From Polyangiales bacterium (GTDB lineage: Bacteria > Myxococcota_A > Polyangia > Polyangiales > Ga0077539), in the NCBI GenBank assembly GCA_044229975.1, contig JBGARZ010000001.1, positions 224,001-288,000 on the forward strand: a DNA stretch of 64,000 nucleotides, written 5' to 3'. Of the stretch, positions 48,935 through 59,959 are shown piece after piece. The notes under the pieces are model-generated. The model did not search any database, was not told the DNA's origin, and saw only the letters and a list, made by a program, of their open reading frames with translations. The position numbers and the translations under genes were made by a program. The first letter of the stretch is position 1; each line of letters begins with the position of its first letter.

Positions 48935-50578
48935 TCAGGGGAGCAGACCGAGCGGTCGTCGCGGGTCGATGGCCGGTGGGCTCTCGGGGCCCGCCGCGAG
49001 CGGGGTCGCCACGCCATAGTTGCGGTCGATCTGGTTGCGGAGGCGCTGCTCCGCCCGGTACCAGGCGCGGCGCGTGGGGTCGTCGGTGCAGGTCGCGAGC
49101 TCGGGGCTCCCGGCGGGCGCGCCCCAGCGCAGCTCGACGCACTGGTACGGGTCGAAGGACAGCGCGAAGAGGCGGTCGAGCACCGTCGCGAGCGGTAGCG
49201 TGACGGCCGCGCCCGAGGTGCTCACGTAGCGGGTCACGCAGCCGGGGCGAGCGCTCTCTTCGTTCCAGGCGGCGCGCAGATTCTCCATCAGCGAGGCGTC
49301 GGTCGTGCGAGCCGCGATGGTGTCGTGGAGCTCGCGCACGGCGGCCTTGAGTCGGGCGTCGCGCGACGGCGTCGACCAGGTCTCCCAGTCGCCGGTGGTG
49401 CCGTAGATGTTCCAGGGGAGCGCGGGCGGATGTGGACGTTGATGGATGCCCGCGGTGATGGCCGCATCGACGGCTTCGGCGCGATCGGCCACGTCGCGAC
49501 AGAGGGACGCCACCTGCTCGCGGAGCTCGCGCACGGGGTCGATGACAGCGTCCGCGGCGGCGAGGCGCTGGCGCACCCACTGGTGATACGTGACGCGGGA
49601 CACTCCACCGTCGGCGGGGACGGCGGGCTGCCAGGCCGAGCGGTTCCATTGGGAGTCGCCGTCGAAGCGAGGGAGCTCGGCGTTGGTGGCGCGCGTGAGA
49701 TGGGCGCCGTCCCAGCGCTGCGGGCGGAAGTCCTGAAAGCCGCCGCCGAGGCGACGCGTCCCGATGGCGAAGGCTTCGCCGAAGCGCTTGTAGGTGAGCG
49801 ACCCGTCGGGGTGTCCATCGATGAGGTACACGGCGCCGTCGGCGCGCACCTCGATGACCACCAGCACATGTCCGTTGGGGTCGTAGTAGGCGGCGCCGGG
49901 GCGAACGCCCGCGCGATCGATGACGGGCGGATAGAGGTCGCCGCCGACCACGTCGGGTGCGACGCGGTACATGCCCGAGTGGATGTCGTCGACCATGGCG
50001 TTCATGACGGCGCGGGGGGTGCGAAACTCCGTCCACGCGCGCCAGCGATCGGGTCGCACGCGCAGCATGTAGCGGGGGTCGTCGCCGTAGCCGCGCACCC
50101 GCGCGACGTAGCCGAAGGGCAGCCGACGCTTGAAGGCGAAGTACGCACGCAGGATGAACGGCAGGTCGGCGCAGTCGACGGTGAGCGCGAGGCGACGGTC
50201 GGCCGAGGCGTCGAAGAGGGTGTTGATGGCGGGGTCGCGGAGGCACTGGTCGAGGCGACGACAGCGGCGCTCGGCGATGGCGGCGCCGAGGCGCGCGACG
50301 AAGGCGGAGTACTCGTCCTCCATGCGGTCGTTCCAGGTGTTGACCGCGGGCCAGACGTCGCGAATCGGGAGGTCGAGGGTGGAGCGGCCCGGCGGGGGTT
50401 CCGGGGCAGCCGCGACATCGGGAAGTGCGGGCTCGGGGAGGTCTTCGACGGCGGCGTCGGGCGGGTCGTCGACGAGCGTGACGTCGGGCAGCGAGAGGTC
50501 GAGGGGCGACTCGTTGACCACGCGAGGGCGCTGACAGGCAACCAGGGCGAGCGACAACAGCAGGGCGTACGGCTTCAC
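48935..50578 (-). CDS. Conserved lipoprotein with putative Cys-His-Asp (papain/NlpC-like) triad
   Basis: Lipobox LVAC; DCADLP..LRAYFA, YDPNGHV, DGHPD, STPSRD, SFDPY.C.E.RWG. Confidence 0.7.
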   Translation of the reverse strand: MKPYALLLSLALVACQRPRVVNESPLDLSLPDVTLVDDPPDAAVEDLPEPALPDVAAAPEPPPGRSTLDLPIRDVWPAVNTWNDRMEDEYSAFVARLGAAIAERRCRRLDQCLRDPAINTLFDASADRRLALTVDCADLPFILRAYFAFKRRLPFGYVARVRGYGDDPRYMLRVRPDRWRAWTEFRTPRAVMNAMVDDIHSGMYRVAPDVVGGDLYPPVIDRAGVRPGAAYYDPNGHVLVVIEVRADGAVYLIDGHPDGSLTYKRFGEAFAIGTRRLGGGFQDFRPQRWDGAHLTRATNAELPRFDGDSQWNRSAWQPAVPADGGVSRVTYHQWVRQRLAAADAVIDPVRELREQVASLCRDVADRAEAVDAAITAGIHQRPHPPALPWNIYGTTGDWETWSTPSRDARLKAAVRELHDTIAARTTDASLMENLRAAWNEESARPGCVTRYVSTSGAAVTLPLATVLDRLFALSFDPYQCVELRWGAPAGSPELATCTDDPTRRAWYRAEQRLRNQIDRNYGVATPLAAGPESPPAIDPRRPLGLLP

Positions 50579-50613
50579 TTGCCTGGAAGGCCCGTCTGTT
50601 TTAGTGAAGGCCC

Positions 50614-51528
50614 GTGGAGATTGATCGCTCACGTTGGACCCACCTGAAGGCGCTGGAGGCGGAGAGCATCCACATCATCCGGGAGGTGGCGGCGGAGTTC
50701 GCCAACCCGGTGATGCTCTACTCCATCGGCAAGGACTCGGCCGTGATGTTGCGGCTGGCGCTCAAGGCCTTCCACCCCGCGCCGCTGCCGTTCCCGCTCC
50801 TGCACGTCGACACCACGTGGAAGTTCCGCGCGATGATCGAGTTTCGCGATCGGTTCACCAAGGAGCTCGGGCTCGACCTGCGCGTCCACACGAACCAGCT
50901 CGGCGTCGCGCAGGGGATCAACCCCTTCGACCACGGCAGCAACAAGTACACGACCATCATGAAGACCCACGCGCTGCTCCAGGCGCTCGAAGCCGGCGGC
51001 TTCGACGCGGCCTTCGGCGGGGCGCGGCGCGACGAGGAGAAGTCGCGCGCCAAGGAGCGGGTGTATTCGTTCAGAGACTCGCACGGGCAGTGGGACCCGA
51101 AGAGCCAGCGCCCCGAGCTGTGGAACCTCTACAACGGCCGCGTGAAGAAGGGCGAAAGCATCCGCGCGTTTCCCCTCTCCAACTGGACCGAGCTCGACGT
51201 CTGGCAATACATCTACCTGGAGGGCATCCCGATCGTTCCGTTGTACTTCGCGGCCGAGCGGCCGGTGGTGGAGCGGGAGGGCGCGCTCATCATGGTCGAC
51301 GACGACCGGATGCGGCTGCGGCCCGGCGAGAAGCCCGTGATGCGGAGCGTGCGGTTTCGCACGCTGGGCTGCTACCCGTTGAGCGGCGCGGTGCCGTCGA
51401 CGGCGACGACGCTCCCCGAGATCATTCAAGAGATGCTGCTCGCGCGGAGCTCGGAGCGGCAGGGGCGCCTCATCGATCATGATGAAGAAGCGTCCATGGA
51501 ACTGAAGAAGCGCGAAGGCTACTTCTGA
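50614..51528 (+). CDS. cysD: Sulfate adenylyltransferase subunit 2
   Basis: [56 protein letters not shown]. Confidence 0.97.
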   Translation: MEIDRSRWTHLKALEAESIHIIREVAAEFANPVMLYSIGKDSAVMLRLALKAFHPAPLPFPLLHVDTTWKFRAMIEFRDRFTKELGLDLRVHTNQLGVAQGINPFDHGSNKYTTIMKTHALLQALEAGGFDAAFGGARRDEEKSRAKERVYSFRDSHGQWDPKSQRPELWNLYNGRVKKGESIRAFPLSNWTELDVWQYIYLEGIPIVPLYFAAERPVVEREGALIMVDDDRMRLRPGEKPVMRSVRFRTLGCYPLSGAVPSTATTLPEIIQEMLLARSSERQGRLIDHDEEASMELKKREGYF

Positions 51529-51529
51529 C

Positions 51530-53218
51530 ATGAGCAGCGAAGAGACGGAGATCGCGCGCGACGTCGAGGGTTGGCTCGCGCGGCACGAGCGCAAGCAGCT
51601 CCTGCGGTTTGTGACCGTGGGCTCGGTGGACGACGGCAAGAGCACGCTCATCGGGCGCCTGCTGCACGACGCCAACGGCGTGTACGACGACCAGCTCGCG
51701 GCGGTGAAGCGCGCGAGCGCGAAGGGCGCCATCCACGACGGCAGCGCCGAGGCGGCCGACGACGACGGGGCGGAGATCGACTTCTCGCTCTTCACCGACG
51801 GGCTCAAGGCCGAGCGTGAGCAGGGCATCACCATCGACGTGGCCTACCGGTACTTCACCACGCCGAAGCGGAAGTACATCCTCGCCGACACGCCGGGGCA
51901 CGTGCAGTACACGCGCAACATGGCGACCGGGGCGTCGACCGCGGACGTGGCGCTCATCCTCCTCGACGCGCGCCTCGGGGTGCTCCCGCAGAGCCGACGG
52001 CACGCGTACATCGCGGCGCTGCTGGGCATCCCCAACCTGCTCGTGTGCGTCAACAAGATGGACCTCGTCGCCTTCGACGCGGCGGTGTTCGCGCGGCTGG
52101 CGGAGGAGTTCGGGGGCTTCGCGCGGCGGCTGGGCTTCCGCGACGTGAGCACGCTGCCGGTGAGCGCGCGGCGCGGCGACAACGTGGTGCGGCGCTCGGC
52201 GAAGAGCCCGTGGTACGGCGGTCCGACGCTGCTGGAGTACCTGGAAGCGGTGCCCATCGCGGCGGCGGTGGACGTGGCGCCGATGCGCTTTCCCGTGCAG
52301 CTCGTGCTGCGGCCGCACCTCGACTACCGCGGCTTCGCGGGGCAGGTCGCGTCGGGCGTGTTGAAGCCCGGCGATCGGGTGCGGGTGCTGCCGTCGCGGC
52401 GCGAGAGCACCGTGAAGGCCATCGACACGTACGCAGGCGAGATCGACGTGGCGCACGCGCCGATGAGCGTGACGGTGCGGCTCACGGACGAAGTGGACGT
52501 CTCGCGCGGCGACATGCTGGTGCACGTCGGGGCCGAGCCGAGGGTGGTGCAGCGCGCGGTGGCCGACCTCGTGTGGATGAGCGAGCGGGCCCTCGACGCC
52601 AGCCGCAGCTACCTGGTGAAGCACACGACGAAGGTGGTTCCGGCGCGCATCGAGCGGGTGCTGGGGCGCACCGATCTGGAGACGCTGGAGACGGTCGCGA
52701 CCGAAGGGATGGCGCTCAACGACATCGGGCGCGTGGTGGTGGCGTGCGCGCGGCCGCTCTTCCTCGATGGGTACGCGAGCAACCGGGTGACCGGGGCGTT
52801 CATCGTCATCGACGCGCTGACCAACGACACGGTGGCGGCGGGGATGTTCCGCGACGACTCGGTGCCGGAGGCGGAGGGCGCGGGCGTCGCGAAGGCGGTC
52901 TCGCGCATCGGCGCCGACGAGCGGCGGCAGCGGTACCACCACGCGGGCGCGGCGCTGTGGGGCGCGGGCGACGACGCGGCGGCCGTCGAGCGGGCGCTGT
53001 GGGACGCGGGCCTGCACGTGGCGCTGGTCGAGGGCGACGCGGGTGTGGTCGCGGTGGCGGCGCGGGCGCTGGTGGCGGCGGGCGCGATCGCGGTGTGCGT
53101 GGCGACGGACGAGACGACGGCGGACGCGGTGCGGCTCGCGGTGGGCGACGATGCCTTCGTGACGCTAGAGCGGGCGGACGCGGCGCTGGCGACGTTGCAG
53201 GCGCGCGGGCTCGCGTAG
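51530..53218 (+). CDS. cysN: Sulfate adenylyltransferase subunit 1 (CysN) with vestigial APS-kinase-like tail
   Basis: GSVDDGKSTLIGRLL, EREQGITIDVAYRYF, DTPGH, NKMD, TG.FI.ID..TN.TV.AGM. Confidence 0.95.
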   Translation: MSSEETEIARDVEGWLARHERKQLLRFVTVGSVDDGKSTLIGRLLHDANGVYDDQLAAVKRASAKGAIHDGSAEAADDDGAEIDFSLFTDGLKAEREQGITIDVAYRYFTTPKRKYILADTPGHVQYTRNMATGASTADVALILLDARLGVLPQSRRHAYIAALLGIPNLLVCVNKMDLVAFDAAVFARLAEEFGGFARRLGFRDVSTLPVSARRGDNVVRRSAKSPWYGGPTLLEYLEAVPIAAAVDVAPMRFPVQLVLRPHLDYRGFAGQVASGVLKPGDRVRVLPSRRESTVKAIDTYAGEIDVAHAPMSVTVRLTDEVDVSRGDMLVHVGAEPRVVQRAVADLVWMSERALDASRSYLVKHTTKVVPARIERVLGRTDLETLETVATEGMALNDIGRVVVACARPLFLDGYASNRVTGAFIVIDALTNDTVAAGMFRDDSVPEAEGAGVAKAVSRIGADERRQRYHHAGAALWGAGDDAAAVERALWDAGLHVALVEGDAGVVAVAARALVAAGAIAVCVATDETTADAVRLAVGDDAFVTLERADAALATLQARGLA

Positions 53219-53222
53219 CCCG

Positions 53223-54143
<921 letters not shown>

Positions 54144-54150
54144 CGCCCGC

Positions 54151-55191
54151 TCAGTCCCCCGCGAGCGGCCAGTGCGCCCACGCGCCGAACACCCCGTCGC
54201 CCAACAGCGCGCCGACGTAGCCCGCCTCGGCGCACTCCTCTGCGTCGTCGACCCCGTAGGCGTTGCCGACCATGTCCGCGCAGATGCGCAGCCCCAGGCC
54301 CGAGCCCGTCGTCGAGTACGTTCCCTCGAAGAGCTGGCCGAGCTCGTCGCCAAACCTCCGTTGCAGCGCCCCTGCCTCGCCTGCGTCGACGCGGTTGGCC
54401 ACCGCCACGTGCAGGCTGGTCGGCGCGCCCGCCGGCACCGCCGAGAGCACCACGTGCACGCCGCCGTCGCTGGCGTGGCGCAGGGCGTTGTTGATCAGGT
54501 TGTAGATCACGCGGTCGAGCGCCGTGAACTCGATGCAGCTCTCGCAGACCGTCCCCTCGAAGCGCTGGTCGAGCCGCACGCGCACGTCCCCCTCGCCCCG
54601 CGCGCTCGCCACCGGAACCATCGCCTCCGACCACTTCTCCGTCAGCAACCCCACGTCGTGCCGCTTCAGCGTCTGGTCGCGCTCGCGGCCCGCGTCGTCG
54701 ATGCCCAGCAGCGCCGCGCGCATGATCTTCCGGTGGTCGCGCACGCGGTAGTGGACGCGCAGCAGATCGTCCGGCCCGACGCGGCCCGTCTCCACCATCT
54801 GCAACAGGAGCAGCAGCGACGTGAGCGGACCGCCCCGGACGTCGTGCACCACCTTGGCGACCAGCGAGCCTTCGTCGCGCGCGGGCGTCGCGTGCCCGAA
54901 GGACTGCATCGCCCGCAGGTGCGGACGCGTCGGGTGCGCGGCGAGGTGGGACCGCAAGGCGTCGGTCACGGGCAGCGCACCGGGCGTCGAGGCCGTGACC
55001 GCCTCGATGGCGCCGAGCCAGTCGTAGAGCGCGCGGGCGATGGCACGGTCGGCCTCGCCCAGCGCCGAGAGCGGGAGGCGAAGCGCCTCGCCGCGGAAGC
55101 GTTCGACCCGATGGTTGTCGACGACCTCAGGCATCGCCCGCGCGAGGAGCGCGTCGGTCCAGATCGCCGGGAGTGCAGCGCGATGATCCAT
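54151..55191 (-). CDS. Cytoplasmic orphan histidine kinase-like protein
   Basis: VHDVRGG H-box, YNLINNALRH N-box, STTGSGLGL G-box; no TM segment. Confidence 0.75.
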   Translation of the reverse strand: MDHRAALPAIWTDALLARAMPEVVDNHRVERFRGEALRLPLSALGEADRAIARALYDWLGAIEAVTASTPGALPVTDALRSHLAAHPTRPHLRAMQSFGHATPARDEGSLVAKVVHDVRGGPLTSLLLLLQMVETGRVGPDDLLRVHYRVRDHRKIMRAALLGIDDAGRERDQTLKRHDVGLLTEKWSEAMVPVASARGEGDVRVRLDQRFEGTVCESCIEFTALDRVIYNLINNALRHASDGGVHVVLSAVPAGAPTSLHVAVANRVDAGEAGALQRRFGDELGQLFEGTYSTTGSGLGLRICADMVGNAYGVDDAEECAEAGYVGALLGDGVFGAWAHWPLAGD

Positions 55192-55228
55192 GGCGGGCGC
55201 GGATTGTATCCGACGCGCCGCGCCCTCG

Positions 55229-56797
55229 TCAGCGCACGAAGAGGTACGCGAACACCCGCGTGTCGCGGTCGCCGTTTTCCGGTGAGCACGAGGCCGAGTT
55301 GCCCGCCGAGTTGCCCGCCGACGAGGGGAGGCACGCGTTGTCCTGGCCGCCCAGCCCGATGCGCGAGTCGGGCGAGCCGCAGTCGTTCTCCTGGTTGGAC
55401 ACCATCCCGAGGCGCACGCGGGTGTAGCCCGCGACGGCGTTGTTGAAGCCCTCGCGGTTGCAGTTGGGCTGGAGCGAGCCCGACGCCATGAGCCCGAGCC
55501 AACCCGCCCGGCTGATGCTGGTCGCCTCGTAGTTCTCCGTCGCAAACACCGTCATCAACGAGGTCGCGCTGCGAAACGGGATCACCACCGCGCGGCTCGT
55601 CCCACCGTCCACGAAGGCGAGGCGCACGCTCGTGAAGGCCACCGTCGAGAAGGCCGCGGACTTCATCTCGATGGGGTCGACGTTGGTCGACGAGGCGTTG
55701 AGCGTGGCGTTGTTGGTCCAGAGCGCGCTGTCGTAGAGGAAGGTCGGCTGCAACCCGTCGGCCTTGAGCGCGAGCGTCCAGCCGCCGCCGTCGCTCGCCA
55801 TGTCGCAATAGACGCTGAAAGGCGCCGCTCCGCCGGTGCCATCAGGGTCGATGGTATACGCCCCGCTCGCGAGTGAGGAACGCGCCGCGTGAAGCTCCGC
55901 GCAGCTCCGCATCGCCGCGCACGCGCCCGCCACGCACACCTCGGAAGCGCCGCACGCGTTGCCGCAGGTGCCGCAGTTCGCGGGGTCCGTCGCGGTGGTC
56001 ACCTCGCAGCCATTGGCGGCCAGCCCGTCGCAGTTGTTGTGGCCCGCCTCGCACGACGCCACGCCGCAGAGCCCATCGACGCAGGCGCCCGTCGCCGACG
56101 CGGGCGCGCAGGCCATGCCGCAGCCGCCGCAGTGCGCGACGGTCGTCCGTGTGTCGGTCTCGCAGCCGTTGGCGGCCATTCCGTCGCAGTTGGCGTACGG
56201 GGCGGCGCACACCGCGACGGCGCACGCGCCTGCCACGCACGATGCGGTGGCGTGATCGAGCGCGCAGGCGGCGTCGCACGCTCCGCAGTGGGAGGTGGTG
56301 GTGCGGAGGTCGACGCACGCCCCGCCGCAGCAGGTGGCGCCCGTCGCACACCCGCGCGTCGCGGTGCACCCGGGAGCGCATCGACGGTCCATGCACACGT
56401 TGCCGAGGGGGCAGTGCTCGCTCGTGAGGCAGGTGACGCAGGCGTGGGCGACGGGGTCGCAGCGCAGGGACACCGTTCCGCCGTCGACGGAGAGCGCGGG
56501 GCAGCCTTCGTCCGAGTGGCACCCGGAGACGCACGCGCGCGTGGCGGTGTCGCAGTGCTGCGCCGCGGGGCAGGCGTCATCCGACGCGCAGCCGGTGTCG
56601 ATGGGAACGTCCGCGACGTCGACGCCCGCGTCCATCGGGCGCACCACGGGGACGTCCATGGACTCGCCGACGTCGACGGCCTTCACGTCCTCGGGCTTGA
56701 ACCCGGCGTCGTCGGTCGTCGCAGGCGCTTCGTCGAAGCAGCCGGTCAGCGCCGCCGCGAGCGCCAGCGTTCTCCATCGGGTCGTCGCGGTGATCAC
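55229..56797 (-). CDS. Cys-rich lipoprotein with C-terminal fibrinogen-like (YCDM..DGGGWT) domain
   Basis: Lipobox LTGC; 2 NGCE repeats; SCAEL...SG.Y.IDPDG...VYCDMASDGGGWTL. Confidence 0.85.
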   Translation of the reverse strand: MITATTRWRTLALAAALTGCFDEAPATTDDAGFKPEDVKAVDVGESMDVPVVRPMDAGVDVADVPIDTGCASDDACPAAQHCDTATRACVSGCHSDEGCPALSVDGGTVSLRCDPVAHACVTCLTSEHCPLGNVCMDRRCAPGCTATRGCATGATCCGGACVDLRTTTSHCGACDAACALDHATASCVAGACAVAVCAAPYANCDGMAANGCETDTRTTVAHCGGCGMACAPASATGACVDGLCGVASCEAGHNNCDGLAANGCEVTTATDPANCGTCGNACGASEVCVAGACAAMRSCAELHAARSSLASGAYTIDPDGTGGAAPFSVYCDMASDGGGWTLALKADGLQPTFLYDSALWTNNATLNASSTNVDPIEMKSAAFSTVAFTSVRLAFVDGGTSRAVVIPFRSATSLMTVFATENYEATSISRAGWLGLMASGSLQPNCNREGFNNAVAGYTRVRLGMVSNQENDCGSPDSRIGLGGQDNACLPSSAGNSAGNSASCSPENGDRDTRVFAYLFVR

Positions 56798-56849
56798 GGC
56801 GCGATCGTAGTGACCGGGCGGCGCTGCGGTCCAGCGCCGGATCGAGCCC

Positions 56850-56872
56850 ACGTTGCCCAAGTTGAGCAACGT
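56850..56872. promoter_or_regulatory. Near-perfect 23-bp palindrome, candidate activator/regulator site
   Basis: ACGTTGCCCAA-G-TTGAGCAACGT (1 mismatch) in the divergent intergenic region. Confidence 0.5.
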
Positions 56873-56939
56873 CGGCGCGACCCGCCGACCACAGCCGCTC
56901 AGCCGTCACGAAGCGGCTTGATTTTCAGCACATTCGCCG

Positions 56940-56955
56940 TGGCACACGGGCTGCT
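56940..56955 (+). promoter_or_regulatory. Sigma54 (-24/-12) promoter
   Basis: TGGCACACGGGCTGCT: TGGCAC-N5-CTGC with exact GG-N10-GC spacing. Confidence 0.6.
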
Positions 56956-56972
56956 CACGGGCTTTGCAACCC

Positions 56973-57764
56973 ATGCAAAGCCGCCCCTCGCTCGACCCGC
57001 CGGCTCCGCGCCGGAGCTTCCTTCCCTTCATCGCCGTGTCGCTCGACGCGGACGCCGCGACGCTGCGCCGCGAGCTCGAGACCATCCAGCGCTCGGCCCG
57101 CGATGCGTGGCGGTTGCGCCGCGAGCTCGCGGCCTTCTTCCTCGTGACGGTCGCCCTCTTCGGCATCGCGCAGGTGGTGCGCGAGCTCATCCACCCGCAG
57201 CTCTCGCCGCTCCGTCAGATGGGCTACTCGTGGGGCTTCCTGCTGCTGCTGCTCGGTCCCATCGGGTGGTTTGTTCGCCACCAGCCGCTGCCGCTGCGCG
57301 CGCTCGGGCTCACCACCGACGGCGCGCGCGAGAGCCTTCGCGAGGCCGCCGTCGTCGCGCTCGGCCTCGCCGCTGCCTGCGTCGCGCTGCGCGTCGGGCC
57401 CGTGCTGCGCGGTGAGCCGTGGCTCGTCTGGGGGTCGGTCGCCAGCTACTCGCGCGGCGAGTTCGCGCTCTTCCTCCTCGCGTACGGGCCGCACTGCTTC
57501 CTTCAGGAGTTCGTCGCGCGCGGCGTCATCCAGACCTCGCTCGAACGCCTGCTCCCCGCCGACGCCGGGCCGCTCGCCCCGGTGCTCGTGACGTCCGTGC
57601 TCTTCGGCGTCTTCCACCTCTACGTGTCGCCGAGCTTCGCGCTCATCACCTTCGTCGTCAGCGTCCTCTTCGGCCTCTTCTACGAGCGCCGCCGCACCCT
57701 CGTCGGCGTCACCGCGGTGCACGCCGCGCTCGGCCTCGCGAGCGTCGCCGTCGGCCTCAACTGA
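56973..57764 (+). CDS. CPBP family intramembrane metalloprotease (CAAX II/Abi)
   Basis: Multi-TM; QEFVARG (EE..R variant), FG.FH, AVH motifs. Confidence 0.85.
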   Translation: MQSRPSLDPPAPRRSFLPFIAVSLDADAATLRRELETIQRSARDAWRLRRELAAFFLVTVALFGIAQVVRELIHPQLSPLRQMGYSWGFLLLLLGPIGWFVRHQPLPLRALGLTTDGARESLREAAVVALGLAAACVALRVGPVLRGEPWLVWGSVASYSRGEFALFLLAYGPHCFLQEFVARGVIQTSLERLLPADAGPLAPVLVTSVLFGVFHLYVSPSFALITFVVSVLFGLFYERRRTLVGVTAVHAALGLASVAVGLN

Positions 57765-57793
57765 TCTCTCCCCTCCACGAAGTGAGGTCTCCC

Positions 57794-59269
57794 ATGCGCA
57801 TCGCCATCATCAGCACGTACACGCACCCCACCAGGCTCCCGAAGAAGGAGCGCTCCGTGATGCAGTCCTCCGTCCCCGAGCTGCTCGCGGGCCTGTGCCC
57901 CGCCGACGCCGAGATCGAGCTCTACAACGAGAAGGAGGTGGACGTTCCCCTCGACCGCGACTGGGACCTCGTCTTCTTCTCCTACCTCCACTCGTACTAC
58001 GAGCACACCAAGGTGCTCTCCGCGCTCTTCCGCCGGCGCGGCATCACCACCGTCGCGGGCGGCCGCCACGCGGGGCACTTCGTCGACGACGCGCTCCGCT
58101 ACTTCGACGCCGTCGTGGTGGGCGACCCCGAGGCCAACGTCCCCGTGCTCATCGCCGACTTCCAGCGGGGTGAGATGCAGCGCCGCTACGACCACGCCCC
58201 CGTCGCGCCCGTCCAGATTCGCGCGCCGCGCTACGACCTCATCGACTTCCGCAGCCCGGTGCGCGCGCCCGGGATCGAAGCGTCGCGGGGGTGTCCGTTC
58301 TCCTGCAACTTCTGCGTGCTCACGGGGCATGAGCGGTACCGCTACCGGCCGGTGGCCGACGTGGTGCGCGAGATCGAGACGAAGATGCGCTTCAACCGCA
58401 CGACCTTCAGCATCGTCGACGACGTGTTCACGTTTCTCGACAACAACCTGGGCGGGTCGCCGAAGTACCTGCGCGAGCTGTGCGAGGCGCTCATCCCCCT
58501 CAACAAGCAGTGGGGCTGCGCGCTCACCTGGAACATCCTCGAAGACGAGGAGCTGGTGAAGCTCATGTCGCGCGCCGGGTGCCGGTACATCTACACGGGC
58601 CTGGAGTCCTTCAACCCGGAGTCCATCGCCGCGGTCAACAAGGGGCAGAACAAGCTCGCCGACCTGCGCGCCGTGATGAAGCGCACCTACGAGCACGGCA
58701 TCCTCCTGTCGTTCGGACTGCTGGTGGGCACCGACGGCGACACCAACGAGTACCTCTCGCGCGTCCCCGAGTACCTCGACGAGCTGCGCTACGGCTCGGT
58801 GACCTTCCTCGGCATCGTGTGCCCGTACCCCGAGACGCCGTTTTTCGCGCAGGTCGCGGCCGAGGGTCGGCTGCTGCCCAACACCACCATCCGCGACTAC
58901 GACGGCTACACGCTCTGCCACCGGCCGAAGCACCTGCACCCCTCGGAGGCGGTCGAGCATTTCAAGCGCCTCTGCGGCGAGATCGGCAGCCTCCGCAACG
59001 TCGGGCGCCACCTGCTGCACAAGCTGCCGCTGAGCAACGCGCCCCGGTACAAGTCGGGCATCCTCCTGTCGGCGCCGGAGGTGCTCAGCATCCGCGCGCC
59101 GCTGGGCAACCCCGAGCGCCGCTACATCGCGGGCCAGGACCCCATCGAGGCGTGGGACGCGCGGATGATGCGCGAGCTCGGACTGGAGGTGCAGCGCATC
59201 GACGGCACCGAGAAGCTCGCGTCGGCCAAGGGGCTCGCGCGGACGAAGCGGCTCGCGCAGGCGGCGTGA
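57794..59269 (+). CDS. B12-binding-domain radical SAM protein
   Basis: N-terminal cobalamin-binding-like region (VAGG.H..D.VV.G), SRGCPFSCNFC, F.DNN, GLES, PYP.T. Confidence 0.9.
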   Translation: MRIAIISTYTHPTRLPKKERSVMQSSVPELLAGLCPADAEIELYNEKEVDVPLDRDWDLVFFSYLHSYYEHTKVLSALFRRRGITTVAGGRHAGHFVDDALRYFDAVVVGDPEANVPVLIADFQRGEMQRRYDHAPVAPVQIRAPRYDLIDFRSPVRAPGIEASRGCPFSCNFCVLTGHERYRYRPVADVVREIETKMRFNRTTFSIVDDVFTFLDNNLGGSPKYLRELCEALIPLNKQWGCALTWNILEDEELVKLMSRAGCRYIYTGLESFNPESIAAVNKGQNKLADLRAVMKRTYEHGILLSFGLLVGTDGDTNEYLSRVPEYLDELRYGSVTFLGIVCPYPETPFFAQVAAEGRLLPNTTIRDYDGYTLCHRPKHLHPSEAVEHFKRLCGEIGSLRNVGRHLLHKLPLSNAPRYKSGILLSAPEVLSIRAPLGNPERRYIAGQDPIEAWDARMMRELGLEVQRIDGTEKLASAKGLARTKRLAQAA

Positions 59270-59270
59270 G

Positions 59271-59885
59271 TCAGAGCGTGCGGCGGATGGTGTCGAGCAG
59301 CTGCTGTCGGTGGAAGAGCTCGGTCACGTAGTCGATGCGATCGGTCTCCAGCACCAGCGTGGGCGAGCGGTCGTAGCGGGTAAACCAGCCCTCGTAGAGC
59401 TCGTGGAGGGCCTTCAGGTACGGCGTCGGGATGGACTGTTCGTAGGCGCGGCCGCGCATCTGGATGCGCTTGCGGAGGGTCTTCACCTCGCAGCGCAGAT
59501 AGATCATCAGGTCGGGCGGACGGAGCTCGCTGCGCAGCGACGTGTAGAGGTCGGAGTACGTCGCCCAGTCGCGATCGTTGATGTGGCCCTGCTGGTGGAG
59601 GTACGCGGCGAAGACCTCGGCGTCCTCGTCGAGCGTGCGGTCCTGCACCACGCCGCGGCCCGAGGCTTCGAGCTCGCGGTGGATCTTGAAGCGCTTCACC
59701 AGGAAGAAGAGCTGGCTGTTGAAGGCCCACCGCGGCATGTCGCCGTAGAAGTCCGCGAGGTAGGGGTTTTCGTCGTGCGGCTCGAAGAAGGGCGTCAGCT
59801 CGAACTGCTGACACAGCCACTTCACCAGGCTCGATTTGCCAGAGCCCATGTTGCCCGCGACCGCGATGTAGCGAGGGGTTGCCAT
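59271..59885 (-). CDS. Deoxynucleoside kinase
   Basis: IAVAGNMGSGKSS, EP..ENPYL.DFY, Q.FFL..R, QDRT..ED, PDL.IYL, RI..RGR.YE. Confidence 0.93.
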   Translation of the reverse strand: MATPRYIAVAGNMGSGKSSLVKWLCQQFELTPFFEPHDENPYLADFYGDMPRWAFNSQLFFLVKRFKIHRELEASGRGVVQDRTLDEDAEVFAAYLHQQGHINDRDWATYSDLYTSLRSELRPPDLMIYLRCEVKTLRKRIQMRGRAYEQSIPTPYLKALHELYEGWFTRYDRSPTLVLETDRIDYVTELFHRQQLLDTIRRTL

Positions 59886-59959
59886 CGGTGTCGCCGAGCG
59901 TAGTTCCGTCGCGGGCGCGGCGACAGTTTCCGCCGCGTCGTGCGGCGAGCGAGGGAGAG

